Below the pieces are notes generated by a model, which worked only from the letters and a program-made list of their open reading frames with translations, had not been told where the DNA came from and ran no database searches. A DNA stretch of 64,000 nucleotides, taken from contig CM121342.1 in the NCBI GenBank assembly GCA_051530055.1, positions 1,522,797 to 1,586,796 on the forward strand, written 5' to 3'. The position numbers and the translations under genes were made by a program. Source of the stretch: Neoechinorhynchus agilis (Eukaryota > Animalia > Acanthocephala). Each line of letters starts with the position of its first letter. The first letter of the stretch is position 1. Positions 1-14,087 of the stretch are shown one piece after another.

Positions 1-538
1 TAATTAGGAAATGATTTTAAATCCTAAATTTAATTATAAGAAATTTTAAAACTGACGACGGAATGCATTTAATGCATCTCGTAGAAATAAATACTATCAG
101 GTTAATTGATGAAAAATACTACGAAAATAAAATTTTACATTTACGACAATAATACTTGAATATATACTCGTTTATCTGTGTTAAAGATATATATTTTATG
201 TTTAATAATTTGCAATTTAATTTTTTATAAAATGAAAGACACATGCTTTCTAGATTTGTGCTGAACTCTTTTCTATACGTGAAGAATTATTCCTGATTTT
301 TGTCCTTGATAAGTTTGGGTTGAATGTTTAGGTTACCGAAAATTCTAATCAAGATGCCGTCTTTTTATCTAACAACTTGACTCAGTAGCTTCACAGTAAC
401 TGGCCCAAATAGAAATCTACGCTTGCGTTTACCTCTGTGACGAATTTACGATGAATAAATAAAATTTAATATTCAATAAATCTCCTTTTTTTAAATACGG
501 GTTTTAAAAGTCGTCGTCTGTGCATCCTCCGTTCCATA

Positions 539-1198
539 ATGTTTTCAATATTCATTCCTGACTGTAGATCAACTATGCCTTCACTCGCCTTACTAGCGAT
601 ATTACTCTCATCCTGTGCCTTAGCGACAACATTTTTTTTAAAAATCCTAAAGCATGATCTTCAAAAAGTGTTCAAAACATGTCTTCAGGACCTCAAATGG
701 AAGATCGGACGTTTGCCGGAGTTTCCAGAGCTGCAATTTATGGAAGAGGAAGGTCAATATAAACCGGCGCATTCAATAGATCTTAAAGAAATGGATTTTA
801 TCACATGCATATACTATTTCAACCCGTGTTGTTCGTCGATATACGCCCGCGGTGGAGGTCCGTATGCGGTTCTATGGTTTGATTCCGATAGTTCAAAAGG
901 ATTTCGTCTACCTCAGAAAGGATATGGAATTTTCGTAAAGTTTAAAATTCCAGACAATCTATTTTTCAAATATTATGTATGTAAATACATTGCCCATAGG
1001 GCTTATAAATTCGTTAATTCTTTGATTGCGGTAAGACATTCAGCGATTTGCGCTTCAATTTTTTATCTTTTCTAGGAAAATGCTTTATGTGCTTATCCGT
1101 TCATTGAAGTCGTGTGGAATGATGAACTGTGGTTCATGGTTCCTCTATCTAAGCAGCTTGAATACTGTGTACCGACAGCTAAGTGGCGATATGAATGA
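539..1198 (+). CDS. Hypothetical protein, probably two exons (539-934, 1076-1198)
   Basis: ORF 539-1075 has a phase-0 GT donor at 935 (TTC|gtaaag). The AG acceptor at 1074-1075 opens a phase-0 40-codon exon (ENALCAYPFIEVVWNDELWFMVP...) ending at TGA 1196-1198. Family not recognised; the start codon is uncertain. Confidence 0.45.
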
Positions 1199-1438
1199 TG
1201 AAGCTGACCTGCAGCTGTAAAAATTGTTTTTAAAGAAATAAAATGCGCATTTTTTCTGTTTGATCGCTAACGGAACTTGTTGATTTATTAGGCAAAAATA
1301 TAGATAAACAATTGTGCAGAATGATATCTCATCTTCATCCTGAGCTGTTGATGTATTCATACGAAGAGCTTTTCACATTAAAAATGCATGTTCGTTTTAT
1401 CCGACCATTTCGATTTCATTTAAATTTTCTTATAACAG

Positions 1439-3023
1439 TCAATAAGCATTCATAGTGCCTAATTTTCCTTTATGTGATTGAAATGCTGTTTTGTATTGTT
1501 TGGACGTGAGCATTATCATCATCGAGCAAATGGCTGGAATAGATTCAATAAAATACCTCAAAATGTCATAAGCCGACTTTAAGCTTAGCAACATATCATT
1601 TTTTCCATTTTGAACATTAATAAGCGCAAGATCCACCGTGTTCATATGAATCGAAAACGCAGCCATTAGTAGTCCGATAAGGATTCGAAAAATGATTGAA
1701 TACATTAAGTGTATTTTATACTGATTTCCACCAGTCACCTTTTTCGGTATGATCTTTAGCTTAGTGTCAACGGTCTAAAGTATATTAATGCCTTTTAGAG
1801 GAAAGTAATTAAACTATTATACCAATTTTCTAGAACCATTTCAGCTATCGATGCTTATAGACATCCTATCAAGATGCAAACGTTTTAGTTCTCTTTAATG
1901 TAACTTAGCGCGCATTTTTTAAGCAGTTAAGCCATTAAATGATCCACTTAAGTTCTTAATTCATAAAATTTATAATGATTCCTTAACATGAATTACGCTT
2001 AATGTCTTAAGGGCATACGGGAATTTTTTTTATAGAACTCTAAGAAATTACATCGTTCTAAATAGCTCTAGTAGGCAACCGTCTTTTAATCAAGCATATA
2101 AAAATCAGTATTTCTGCAATAAAAATTGCTTGAGGTAGTCTATCCATTTTCTACGAGCCTTAAATCGTGAAAAGTTTTCCCACTTTTATTAAGAAGCTTA
2201 AACTTTAATTCTAATTTCTCGCGATAAAATCAAGGTGGAAAAATTGGCTAATCGGTTTGATAGAGTTTCCTTTTGACTAATCGCACTTTATATTAGGTTT
2301 TAACCCACAAATTTATCAATTAAACCCTTGATATGTAAGCCAAATCCTGGTAACAGAGGCGGCAACGTAAATAATTGAAACTCCTATCCCAATAAGAATC
2401 GATATTGATATCAGCGTGTCTCTTAATAAACCATTATTTACACCGCAAATAGTGAGATTTTTAAGCAAGCACCGATCTTCTATCTTGACATTTCGATTTG
2501 CGGTCCCTAAGCTGAGATCCTGGCGTTTTAATCCGATTGAACTTTGCAATCCAATAAAAAACATACAAATCATTGCGCAAAATATGGCAACAATCATTGT
2601 GACTTTCGCTTTTTTCTTTTGAATTTGTCGTTGTTTTAGCCACACGCCTAGCAAACGATCAAAAGAGATGCTGAATAGAAAGCAATATAGGACATTGTAG
2701 GAAATAATCGCCAATATTTGATTTATTGTGCATGATAAATTATTAATTAGTCTTACGTGAACGTTAACGACATCGGCGAGCCACAATTGAAGGAGTACAG
2801 TGCTGCAATAAAAGAACATTAAAGGAATGAATACCAGCATGTATTTGTGGAAAAGCGAGGAGAAACGGTAAGGATTACTGACAAACAGAACGACATTGAA
2901 GATAATCCAACCATAGTTTATGAGAAGGATAATCGTTCCGAACGTCTTTGCGAATGCGATGGGCAATGTGCGATTAAGACATTGCCTCATGGATGTCTTG
3001 ATCTTGGATGAGTCAGGCCACAA
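1439..3023 (-). CDS. Divergent class-A-like 7TM GPCR / chemoreceptor-like protein (spliced)
   Basis: ORF 2316-3023 has five hydrophobic helices with SFDRL (DRY-like) after TM3 and Cys in the loops. ORF 1439-1738 supplies two more helices and a helix-8-like SKQYKTAF. The splice junction between them was not resolved. Confidence 0.55.
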
Positions 3024-3654
3024 AGGCTAAAAAAAGCTATTACTCTCGTAACATTTATAGTCTACGGAAACTTTAGTTTTAAGAATCACTTGAAGTTATT
3101 AAAAATCGCGATCATTTAGGTTCGTTTAGAAATGTACCTAGGTATTGTTCGAGTATTTTGCCATCGATGCCCTCCACTTCCGCCATTATGTTCTTCAAAG
3201 CAAATGAATTTTTATAAGTGCTGCCGGCACATTGGCATTGACTTTTTCTGTAGCTGCACTAGCATATTCCTCCCTCGTGTATACTCTTTAGCCTCCTTCC
3301 TATCGCCGGCGCCATGAGGTGCCATGCATTAAAGTGCACTTTAACGACGACGCAGCCTTTCTTCGTCTAATTTTTCACTGAATTCCGTGACTTCCACGAT
3401 TTGTCTGCTTGGTTTTAATAGCAATGTCCGTGTCCGGCGGTTAGTATATCATTCACGGAGTTTATTTGCGAGCTCCTATTGTTACTTGTATGTGTGGGTG
3501 TATTTACGGAGTAAGATTATATCATATCCTATGCACAGACAACATTGCCGCTGCTCTACTTCTTTGCTATCAGGTGTTTACGTAGTTCAGCCACGAGAAC
3601 TTCTTTGTCTTACACCCAGCTTAATTATCTAAGAGAAAATATATTCTATACGTT

Positions 3655-4065
3655 ATGGTCGGTAAGTGAGAGCTCGCTTGCAAAGCCCCGGGTATATAAT
3701 GTTTAAAATATATGAAAACACGCCGAATCGGGGTTTAATTTTTTAACAGGAATCCTCTACGTTGGCGGTTCGTGTTCGTTTGTTTATCTTACCAAGGTTC
3801 CTCGCTATAATCCATTTGCCATTGTATTCAACATACTTGGTTGCTTACCACTTTAGAACGTGTAGTGAATAATCTTGCAACTCAGAAAAAGATCCTCAAT
3901 CAATTACGTTTGGAGGCCAATATCGATAGACAAAAGGTGTCCAAAGTCTGCAAAGATATAATCAAGTATTGCCAAGAAAACGAGGCATCTGATATGCTCG
4001 TTCATGGGTGGACCAACATGAAAGAGAATCCATTCAAGGAAAGCTCTCATTGTTGTGCAATTTAA
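3655..4065 (+). CDS. GNG: Heterotrimeric G-protein gamma subunit (exons 3655-3661, 3857-4065)
   Basis: GGL-domain pattern QLRLEANIDRQKVSKVCKDIIKYC...DML...ENPFKE and C-terminal CAAX (CCAI). ATG GTC G|gtaagt donor joins in frame to ttag|AA CGT, giving MVERVVNNL. Confidence 0.9.
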
Positions 4066-4393
4066 GACATCATTGTGGTGCTTTATGAGTTACAATAATC
4101 TTTAGAAGGCGTCAAATTGTTTGAGCTATTATTAAATGAGTAATTGTTATTTGAATCGTTGATTACAGCAAATGGAAAAAGAATAAGGAAATTTAGAAAC
4201 TTGTGATTTGTGCTAATATTGGAACGAAGCAAACAAAGTTTTCACAAAATGTTTGAAGCGAAAACTCCGGCACACAGTTTTAAACGACAAAATTTTTGTA
4301 AAAATATCTTTCAAAATTCATCGTAGCAGAAAATGCAAAAGAAGAAATAATGCCACTTATTTTAAGAACAACTGCAATGTTCTTGTAACCGTT

Positions 4394-4663
4394 TTAGAGA
4401 TATTTAGCTATCGTGGTTAAAATAAAATCCAGCACATAATCAAACATTGTTTGAGCTCTTAGTCGCTTCTCGCTGAAGTAATACAAAATTTTAAAATGAA
4501 GGTAAAGACATGCCAGTGGATCTGTCACGAGTTTAGGCCGAAATCGGACTAGTGAATGGTGTACGGAGTCGACTGCTTTCAATAAGTCCATTTGAATGAG
4601 ACAAGTGATGTGAGATGGTGCAGTTTTTTGTAGAGAAGTGAAAGACGACGAGTTTTGAAGCAT
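4394..4663 (-). mobile_element. Possible highly decayed non-LTR reverse-transcriptase relic
   Basis: CLIQMDLLKAVDSVHHSL resembles the RT motif hhxhDhxKAFDxVxH; nothing else is convincing. Confidence 0.3.
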
Positions 4664-6859
4664 TCTTCGATGATTTAAAAAGAACGGATGGAATGCATAA
4701 TGGGTGGATTCTGGAATGATTCATCTGTCGAAGCGACGATCAATAACAAGATATCGATAAACGAAGCTTTTATGGAATAGTTTTTAATGGATGACAAGGA
4801 TTTAGAAATTATAACATTACATGTAGATAGAGTGAACGTCGAGGATAAAGGCATGAACTTCCTTATAAAGTCATTAGTAAACAGTAACGTAGAGATTCAA
4901 GTGGTCTCCATTACAGAAAAACTTTGCCATCGCAAAAGATTATCTGTAGCGAGAGGTCAATTTGATTGTGCCACCAAAAATCGTGCAACGATCAACATTT
5001 TCGACTGGATGTATCCGTACTTTCGTCAAATAATCAATGCGTGGAACACTGATTATCGCAATTCAGTCATAAAATCATCTTATACTACAAAATTAGTACA
5101 TTGAACAAATTCAAAACCATAGTTTTAGGAACACCAGCTTTCAGAAGCTTCCTTACGCTTTAAAACATGATCATGAATTTGCTATAGACTATGTATGGAC
5201 GTGTTAATTTTAATAGCATGAATCATTCCACCTTTATTTTGGTCACGTAACTTTATAACTGAATCAATATGATATTCTTAAGCAATATGCCTCTTTAAGT
5301 AATCAAGATTCTATTAATCCCACTTTTTTCCCATTGCTAAGCTTCACTGCTGCTCTTTCGCTGGAAAAAGAGAGTGCTAACAACTTCGTCATTGTCTTTG
5401 AAGATATTAATATCTCAAAGTTTTATTGTCTGCTTTATTGATGATGATGTAGTTTCTATTTCCTTAACTTCTGAAGGAAGCACTTATTTAAATGTTGAAC
5501 ACATAGTTAAGGAGGATTTATTACGGATGAGTCAGAAAATGTACGTTGCTGAATTAGTTACTATAGAAGATAAGAGTGCAGAAACCACGAAGAACAAAAG
5601 AAAGGAGAGAAACGTATTTAAGGCAAAAAGATATTAGAGTTGTAGCACGATGAATGATGAATTGAGAAGCGTAAGAAGTTTTTGCTGCTGCGCGGTTCCT
5701 CAAGGTTAACTCCCGGAGGAAAATCTGAAATGTTACAATCACCTATTAGTTTCGTTGTATAATGGTTCCTTTAAGTTCTATCTTCCTCTTAAGCTATTCC
5801 GATTCATCTCGCCAAAAGCATACAAGATTATCTTGATACCTGAGGTACTTCATCCGGTGGCTTGTATTATCCCCTCTCAAAATAAAAGGTGCTATCATTA
5901 ATCTCCCCCATTTCCAATCGATATTGATTATAAACCAATAAGTCCAATCAACTGAATTTCACTGCCAATATTTCCCTTTGTAGATGATCCGGAACGTAAT
6001 AATTTTGCATGTCCGCAAATGTAACATTAACTTCTTTTGACTAAAATGATAATATTTCAGGATCCTTCCATTGCTTTGCACAAATCAAGACGCTTTTCGA
6101 CAGTTTATCTGACGCACGGATAAGAAAATTAGAACATCACCATCGATAATCGCTTTTTTGTTGATCACCATCACAAATAGATTCGATTACCAGTTGATTT
6201 GATGTTGGGTCAATGGCTAAAACTTCTTAAATTTAGAGCAAATTACCATCGGAATTCCAAATCTAAAATTTTCGGGGATAACACCCAGTACCTTTTTCCT
6301 GCAAAATTTCCGTCTTTCTGCGTCATAATTTGAACATTGTGAGGGTCGAACTATTACGCCTGAAATTTTAATGAAATCGATCTTTGCGAAAAATTTTTAT
6401 TGACATTTATAACTTTATCTCTAGAAATAAAAAGCAAATTCCTAACATGACTGAAAGACTAAAATCACATTCAATCCGTTGAATCGATTTTTCTTATGAG
6501 CTCACATTTGTTTTCTCTAATCATGAAGACATTGACCAATTTTTAATTATTTACTTAATAGCCATTTGAATGTTGTCACACATTTATAAACTTACAAGCA
6601 ATAATTGACTGAAGAAGTACAGCGTGACCAGACGAAATATTTCAATTAAAGTGATTCTTGGATATATAATTTTTCTCCATGACAATTTTTTATTATCAAC
6701 GAGTCATTTAAAATGTGACCGGCTCATCTTGGATATTAAATCACTGTTATGCGAATTGTCTGATCAATCAAACGAAGCTGCTACTGGTGAGTTATTGAAA
6801 GTTGCTAATAATAAAATTCTATAATTCAAGTTTAGCCACCAGGAATGCAAAAAGACAAA

Positions 6860-7100
6860 ATACAGAGACCTGAGTCGAAATCACTATTTTGTTCCTTTGG
6901 CGCCGAGACACTCGAATCGTTTGGTACAGCGGTGCAGGACCTGGTCAAGTAATTGTCTAAGAGACTGAGGCGAATCACTGGCGATTCGAGATCAGAAGCA
7001 TTTCTCCTACAAAACATAAGTTTGGATGTGCAACGAGGGAAACTGCATCCGTCCTTTCGACCGTTACACCAGGACGGCAGCAGAGTGATACAGGGCGGTG
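6860..7100 (+). mobile_element. CRE-clade non-LTR retrotransposon 3' fragment
   Basis: LSKRLRRITGDSRSEAFLLQNISLDVQRG matches the C-terminal motif (L.QxISxAVQRGNA) seen in the other CRE copies in this window. Confidence 0.7.
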
Positions 7101-7546
7101 GTGTGAATGATTTTATGACATTTATCTCAGCCTACATAAATGCTTAAATGAATTCATAAAAGACACCCGAATACAAGGCTGCTAAAATACCACCTTCAAT
7201 CTCATCCTAAGACCATTGCGCAATAATCCTCTCTCCCTCCGCTCCTCCCCGACGTGCCCGGTCATCCCTCTTTACGGGTTTTGATGAAAGAGATTAGCAC
7301 ATTTTCACATTTATCAAATTAGTCTTGCGTAATCTATCTTCACACAGAAAATCTATTTTTTTACCCAAACCTCTCGGAGGCTATGCTTTCTCTAACTAAT
7401 ATACTCTCTTCTTGCAAGACTACAGTTATTCTTAGGAAAACAATTCGCCTTTCCAGCCGAGATCCACTTTGGATGCCCCCTTTCTTAAAAATGCTCCAAA
7501 TAAAGGTGAATAAAGCATACTACGAATGTAATCCTGATTTCCCCCC

Positions 7547-7678
7547 GCCTTCAATCCTCCATTGCTCATCGCAATTTACGCAAGACCTTCGCCTTCAATC
7601 CTCCATTGCTCATTGCAATTTACGCAAGACCTTCGCCTTCAATCCTCCATTGCTCATCGCAATTTACGCAAGACCTTT
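7547..7678 (+). repeat. 44-bp tandem repeat x3
   Basis: gccttcaatcctccattgctcatcgcaatttacgcaagaccttc repeated three times, nearly identical. Confidence 0.85.
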
Positions 7679-7811
7679 GTTGCACATAAACTTGAATCCT
7701 CTCCCACTCACCTCTGGTGAAAAACAAGAAAAGTGCCCTAGGAATCGAAATACAAAATCCTGGGAATATAAAGCCTTCTCCTTGCAGCCAGCAACATAAA
7801 ATTCGCACCCT

Positions 7812-8330
7812 ATGGGGGTACCAGAACATATAGTCACGGATAACGAACCGCAGTTTGTGGCAGGAGAACTCGCAGAGTTCTGCGAAAAAAACATGATTAC
7901 CCACTGCCGCAGCTTGGTATTGAGATGTTCGCCACGAAAGGTGAATAACAGTGTTCGTGGCCGAACGAAAAGGGCCGCTGTACTACAAAGTAGAAACGAA
8001 CCAGCAGATCAAGAAAGCTCATACTGACCACTTAAAGCACAGGGAGATTGGGAAATGCTGTTCAATTAGGTCTGAAAGATTAGGTAGGAGAAGAAGTGGA
8101 AGACGCGCTTCCCATGTGGAACAGTGAAAAGAAAAAAGAGAAAAAGGTGGGCGGACGAAGTTAGTGAGCAGAATGAACTCTTGGGTCACAAAGTAGAACA
8201 TAATGAAGATGAATTGACGGATCGGAAGGAGGATATGGTTTTCCGACCAAGACGAATCACGCGAGTACGATCGAAACCCGTCTTCCTTTAAACAAAGAAG
8301 GGGGAACGAATGTAGTAGATATCTTATGGC
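7812..8330 (+). mobile_element. Decayed Ty3/Gypsy integrase and pol C-terminus
   Basis: GVPEHIVTDNEPQFVAGELAEFCEKN is the rve core motif. Downstream RRITRVRSKP is a typical pol-end motif, followed by a polypurine tract and TGT. Confidence 0.75.
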
Positions 8331-11300
8331 GCACAATGGGCTAATCAACAATGTTGGTTTGTACAATGAACAGGAAGTATTTTGCAGATACGAAAGGGGT
8401 TGGCGTTGATTAGCGAATAAAACAAGTTGGTTTCAATCATGACAGTTAGCTTCCGCGCAATATCAACATTTAGGAGAATCGAAGATGAATTGACGGATCG
8501 GAAGGAGGATATGGTTTTCCGACCAAGACGAATCACGCGAGTACGATCGAAACCCGTCTTCCTTTAAACAAAGAAGGGGGAACGAATGTAGTAGATATCT
8601 TATGGCGCACAATGGGCTAATCAACAATGTTGGTTTGTACAATGAACAGGAAGTATTTTGCAGATACGAAAGGGGTTGGCGTTGATTAGCGAATAAAACA
8701 AGTTGGTTTCAATCATGACAGTTAGCTTCCGCGCAATATCAACATTTAGGAGAATCGAGTAGAACATAATGAAGATGAATTGACGGATCGGAAGGAGGAT
8801 ATGGTTTTCCGACCAAGACGAATCACGCAGGTACGATCGAAACCCGTCTTCCTTTAAACAAGAAGGGGGAACGAGTGTAGTAGATATCTTATGGCGCACA
8901 ATGGGCTAATCAACAATGTTGGTTTGTACAATGAACAGGAAGTATTTTGCAGATACGAAAGGGGTTGGCGTTGATTAGCGAATAAAACAAGTTGGTTTCA
9001 ATCATGACAGTTAGCTTCCGCGCAATATCCACATTTAGGAGAATCGAGGTAGAACATAATGAAGATGAATTGACGGATCGGAAGGAGGATATGGTTTTCC
9101 GACCAAGACGAATCACGCGAGTACGATCGAAACCCGTCTTCCTTTAAACAAAGAAGGGGGAACGAATGTAGTAGATATCTTATGGCGCACAATGGGCTAA
9201 TCAACAATGTTGGTTTGTACAATGAACAGGAAGTATTTTGCAGATACGAAAGGGGTTGGCGTTGATTAGCGAATAAAACAAGTTGGTTTCAATCATGACA
9301 GTTAGCTTCAGCGCAATATCAACATTTAGGAGAATCGAGTAGAACATAATGAAGATGAATTGACGGATCGGAAGGAGGATATGGTTTTCCGACCAAGACG
9401 AATCACGCGAGTACGATCGGAACCCGTCTTCCTTTAAACAAAGAAGGGGGAACGAATGTAGTAGATATCCTATGGCGCACAATGGGCTAATCAACAATGT
9501 TGGTTTGTACAATGAACAGGAAGAATTTTGCAGATACGAAAGGGGTTGGCGTAATTAGCGAATAAAACAAGTTGGTTTCAATCATGACAGTTAGCTTCCG
9601 CGCAATATCAACATTTAGGAGAATCGAGTAGAACATAATGAAGATGAATTGACGGATCGGAAGGAGGATATGGTTTTCCGACCAAGACGAATCACGCGAG
9701 TACGATCGAAACCCGTCTTCCTTTAAACAAAGAAGGGGGAACGAGTGTAGTAGATATCTTATGGCGCACAATGGGCTAATCAACAATGTTGGTTTGTACA
9801 ATGAACAGGAAGTATTTTGCAGATACGAAAGGGGTTGGCGTTGATTAGCGAATAAAACAAGTTGGTTTCAATCATGACAGTTAGCTTCCGCGCAATATCA
9901 ACATTTAGGAGAATCGAGTAGAACATAATGAAGATGAATTGACGGATCGGAAGGAGGATATGGTTTTCCGACCAAGACGAATCACGCGAGTACGATCGAA
10001 ACCCGTCTTCCTTTAAACAAAGAAGGGGGAACAGATGTAGTAGATATCTTATGGCGCACAATGGGCTAATCAACAATGTTGGTTTGTACAATGAACAGGA
10101 AGTATTTTGCAGATACGAAAGGGTTTGCGTTGATTAGCAGATAAAACAAGTTGGTTTCAATCATGACAGTTAGCTTCCGCGCAATATCAACATTTAGGAG
10201 AATCGAGTAGAACATAATGAAGATGAATTGACGGATCATAAGGAGGGTATGGTTTTCCGACCAAGACGAATCACGCGAGTACGATCGAAACCCGTCAGAC
10301 CGTACGATGTCTTCCTTTAAACAAAGAAGGGGGAACGAATGTAGTAGATATCTTATGGCGCACAATGGGCTAATCAACAATGTTGGTTTGTACTTTGAAC
10401 AGAAAGTATTTTGCAGATACGAAAGGGGTTGGCGTTGATTAGCGAATAAAACAAGTTGGTTTCAATCATGACAGTTAGCTTCCGCGCAATATCAAAATTT
10501 AGGAGAATCGAGTAGAACATAATGAAGATGAATTGACGGATCGGAAGGAGGATATGGTTTTCCGACCAAGACGAATCACGCGAGTACGATCGAAACCCGT
10601 CTTCCTTTAAACAAAGAAGGGGGAACGAATGTAGTAGATATCTTATGGCGCACAATGGGCTAATCAACAATGTTGGTTTGTACAACGAACAGGAAGTATT
10701 TTGCAGATACGAAAGGGGTTGGCGTTGATTAGCGAATAAAACAAGTTGGTTTCAATCATGACAGTTAGCTTCCGCGCAATATCAACATTTAGGAGAATCG
10801 AGTAGAACATAATGAAGATGAATTGACGGGATCGGAAGGAGGATATGTTTTTCCGACCAAGACGAATCACGCGAGTACGATCGAAACCCGTCTTCCTTTA
10901 AACAAAGAAGGAGGAACGAATGTAGTAGATCTTATGGCGCACAATGGGCTAATCAACAATGTTGGTTTGTACAATGAACAGGAAGTATTTTGCAGATACG
11001 AAAGGGGTTGGCGTTGATTAGCGAATAAAACAAGGTGGTTTCAATCATGACAGTTAGCTTCCGCGCAATATCAACATTTAGGAGAATCGAGTAGAACATA
11101 ATGAAGATGAATTGACGGATCATAAGGAGGATATGGTTTTCCGACCAAGACGATTCACGCGATTACGATCGAAACCCGTCTTCCTTTAAACAAAGAAGGG
11201 GGAACGAATGTAGTAGATATCTTATGGCGCACAATGGGCTAATCAACAATGTTGGTTTGTACAATGAACAGGAAGTATTTTGCAGATACGAAAGGGGTTG

Positions 11301-13981
11301 CCGTTGATTAGCGAATAAAACAGGTTGGTTTCAATCATGACAGTTAGCTTCCGCGCAATATCAATATTTAGGAGAATCGAGTTGAACATAATGAAGATGA
11401 ATTGACGGATCGGAAGGAGGATATGGTTTTCCGACCAAGACGAATCACGCGAGTACGATCGAAACCCGTCTTCCTTTAAACAAGGAAGGGGGAACGAATG
11501 TCGTAGATATCTTATGGCGCACAATGGGCTAATCAACAATGTTGGTTTGTACAATGAACAGGAAGTATTTTGCAGATACGAAAGGGGTTGGCGTTGATTA
11601 GCGAATAAAACAAGTTGGTTTCAATTGACAGTTAGCTTCCGCGTAATATCAACATTTAGGAGAATCAGTAGAACATAATGAAGATGAATTGACGGATCGG
11701 AAGGAGGATATGGTTTTCCGACCAAGACGAATCACGCGAGTACGATCGAAACCCGTCAGACCGTACGATGTCTTCCTTTAAACAACGAAGGGGGAACGAA
11801 TGTAGTAGATATCTTATGGCGCACAATGGGCTAATCAACAATGTTGGTTTGTACAATGAACAGGAAGTATTTTGCAGATACGAAAGGGGTTGGCGTTGAT
11901 TAGCGAATAAAACAAGTTGGTTTCAATCATGACAGTTAGCTTCCGCGCAATATCAACATTTAAGAGAATCGAGTAGAACATAATGAAGATGAATTGACGG
12001 ATCGGAAGGAGGATATGGTTTTCCGACCAAGACGAATCACGCGAGTACGATCGAAACCCGTCTTCCTTTAAACAAAGAAGGGGGAACGAATGTAGTAGAT
12101 ATCTTATGGCGCACAATGGGCTAATCAACAATGTTGGTTTGTACAATGAACAGGAAGTATTTATCAGATACGAAAGGGGTTGGCGTTGATTAGCGAATAA
12201 AACAAGTTGGTTTCAATCATGACAGTTAGCTTCCGCGCAATATCAACACTTAAGAGAATCGAGTAGAACATAATGAAGATGAATTGACGGATCGGAAGGA
12301 GGATATGGTTTTCCGACCAAGACGAATCACGCGAGTACGATCGAAACCCGTCTTCCTTTAAACAAAGAAGGGGGAACGAATGTAGTAGATATCTTATGGC
12401 GCACAATGGGCTAATCAACAATGTTGGTTTGTACAATGAACAGGAAGTATTTTGCAGATACGAAAGGGGTTGGCGTTGATTAGCGAATAAAACAAGTTGG
12501 TTTCAATCATGACAGTTAGCTTCCGCGCAATATCAACATTTAGGAGAATCGAGTAGAACATAATGAAGATGAATTGACGGATCGGAAGGAGGATATGGTT
12601 TTCCGACCAAGACGAATCACGCGAGTACGATCGAAACCCGTCTTCCTTTAAACAAAGAAGGGGGAACGAATGTAGTAGATATCTTATGGCGCACAATGGG
12701 CTAATCAACAATGTTGGTTTGTACAATGAACAGGAAGTATTTTGCAGATACGAAAGGGGTTGGCGTGATTAGCGAATAAAACAAGTTGGTTTCAATCATG
12801 ACAGTTAGCTTCCGCGCAATATCAACATTAGCGAAGATAAAACAAATCAATCAACATCCGCGAACAGGAAGTATTTTATCAACGGAGAATCGAGTAGAAC
12901 ATAATGAAGATGAATTGACGGATCGGAAGGAGGATATGGTTTTCCGACCAAGACGAATCACGCGAGTACGATCGAAACCCGTCAGACCGTCGATGTCTTC
13001 CTTTAAACAAAGAAGGGGGAACGAATGTAGTAGATATCTTATGGCGCACAATGGGCTAATCAACAATGTTGGTTTGTACAATGAACAGGAAGTATTTTGC
13101 AGATACGAAAGGGGTTGGCGTTGATTAGCGAATAAAACAAGTTGGTTTCAATCATGACAGTTAGCTTCCGCGCAATATCAACATTTAGGAGAATCGAGTA
13201 GAACATAATGAAGATGAATTGACGGATCGGAAGGAGGATATGGTTTTCCGACCAAGACGAATCACGCGAGTACGATCGAAACCCGTCTTCCTTTAAACAA
13301 AGAAGGGGGAACGAATGTAGTAGATATCTTATGGCGCACAATGGGCTAATCAACAATGTTGGTTTGTACAATGAACAGGAAGTATTTTGCAGATACGAAA
13401 GGGGTTGGCGTTGATTAGCGAATAAAACAAGTTGGTTTCAATCATGACAGTTAGCTTCCGCGCAATATCAACATTTAGGAGAATCGAGTTGGGGGTAGTA
13501 TTTGTGCAGTGGCAGCGAGAAGCGAATCTCAAAGCAGTTGAATGCAGAGGACTATCAGAAACATAATCTCTAACGTGGACAGAGGCTTCCAACATAGCGA
13601 TTGAATTAGGCTGGCCTGATTTTCGAGCTTCAATGCTGAACTTTTTAGCAGTTTTTTATGCAACACCTTAGAATGCGAGTAAAATAGCTGTTAATTCAAA
13701 AAGACTTCGAGCATAAAGATTGCATGGCCACTTTTCGCATACTATTTTTTGAGATAAAAAATGACGACAAAAATTATAACTCGCGCCAAATCACTACACT
13801 GGCAGTAAATTCTTCTGTTTTTTCGTGCCTTCCAAAGCGTCGCCAACTTTCTATCGCTGCATTCGTATTCCTCTCATCGCTCTGTTTTGTTCTCTGATGA
13901 ATCGAGCGGCTTTGGAGCCGGTGGTAGATTTGTACAAAGTGGAGAGGTTTGATGTAAGTAATTTTTCTCGGAATTATTGGA
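7996..13981 (+). repeat. Left arm of a large inverted repeat (partner 23713-25608)
   Basis: 7996-8192 is the reverse complement of 25411-25608, and 13488-13981 is the reverse complement of 23713-24205. The satellite lies between these blocks in both arms. Confidence 0.9.
8193..13487 (+). repeat. ~290-bp satellite, ~18 copies; unit = Gypsy pol end + PPT + 158-bp LTR + 14 nt
   Basis: Unit starts gtagaacataatg recur about every 290 bp. Each unit contains aaagaagggggaacgaa followed by TGTAGTAGAT...AATAAA...ATCAACA (e.g. LTR 9167-9324). A 14-bp segment is present in some units (near 10287, 11757, 12984). Confidence 0.95.
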
Positions 13982-14087
13982 AGCGTCGTGTTTCCAATTT
14001 GGTTCTTAAAAATATACTGCATTATGGCCATAGTCTCGGAGTGCTTTAAATCAAACCTTTACTTAAGTAAAGTTTTGTGGTGGCTGG

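Noticed and set aside
8193-13487. CRISPR array or repeated small protein genes (MYKPTLLISPL... ORFs)
   Set aside because: Whole ~290-bp units repeat with no unique spacers and no cas genes in a eukaryotic context. The ORFs are antisense by-products that are broken differently in different units.
13487-13488. placeholder removed
   Set aside because: Not a real observation; ignore.
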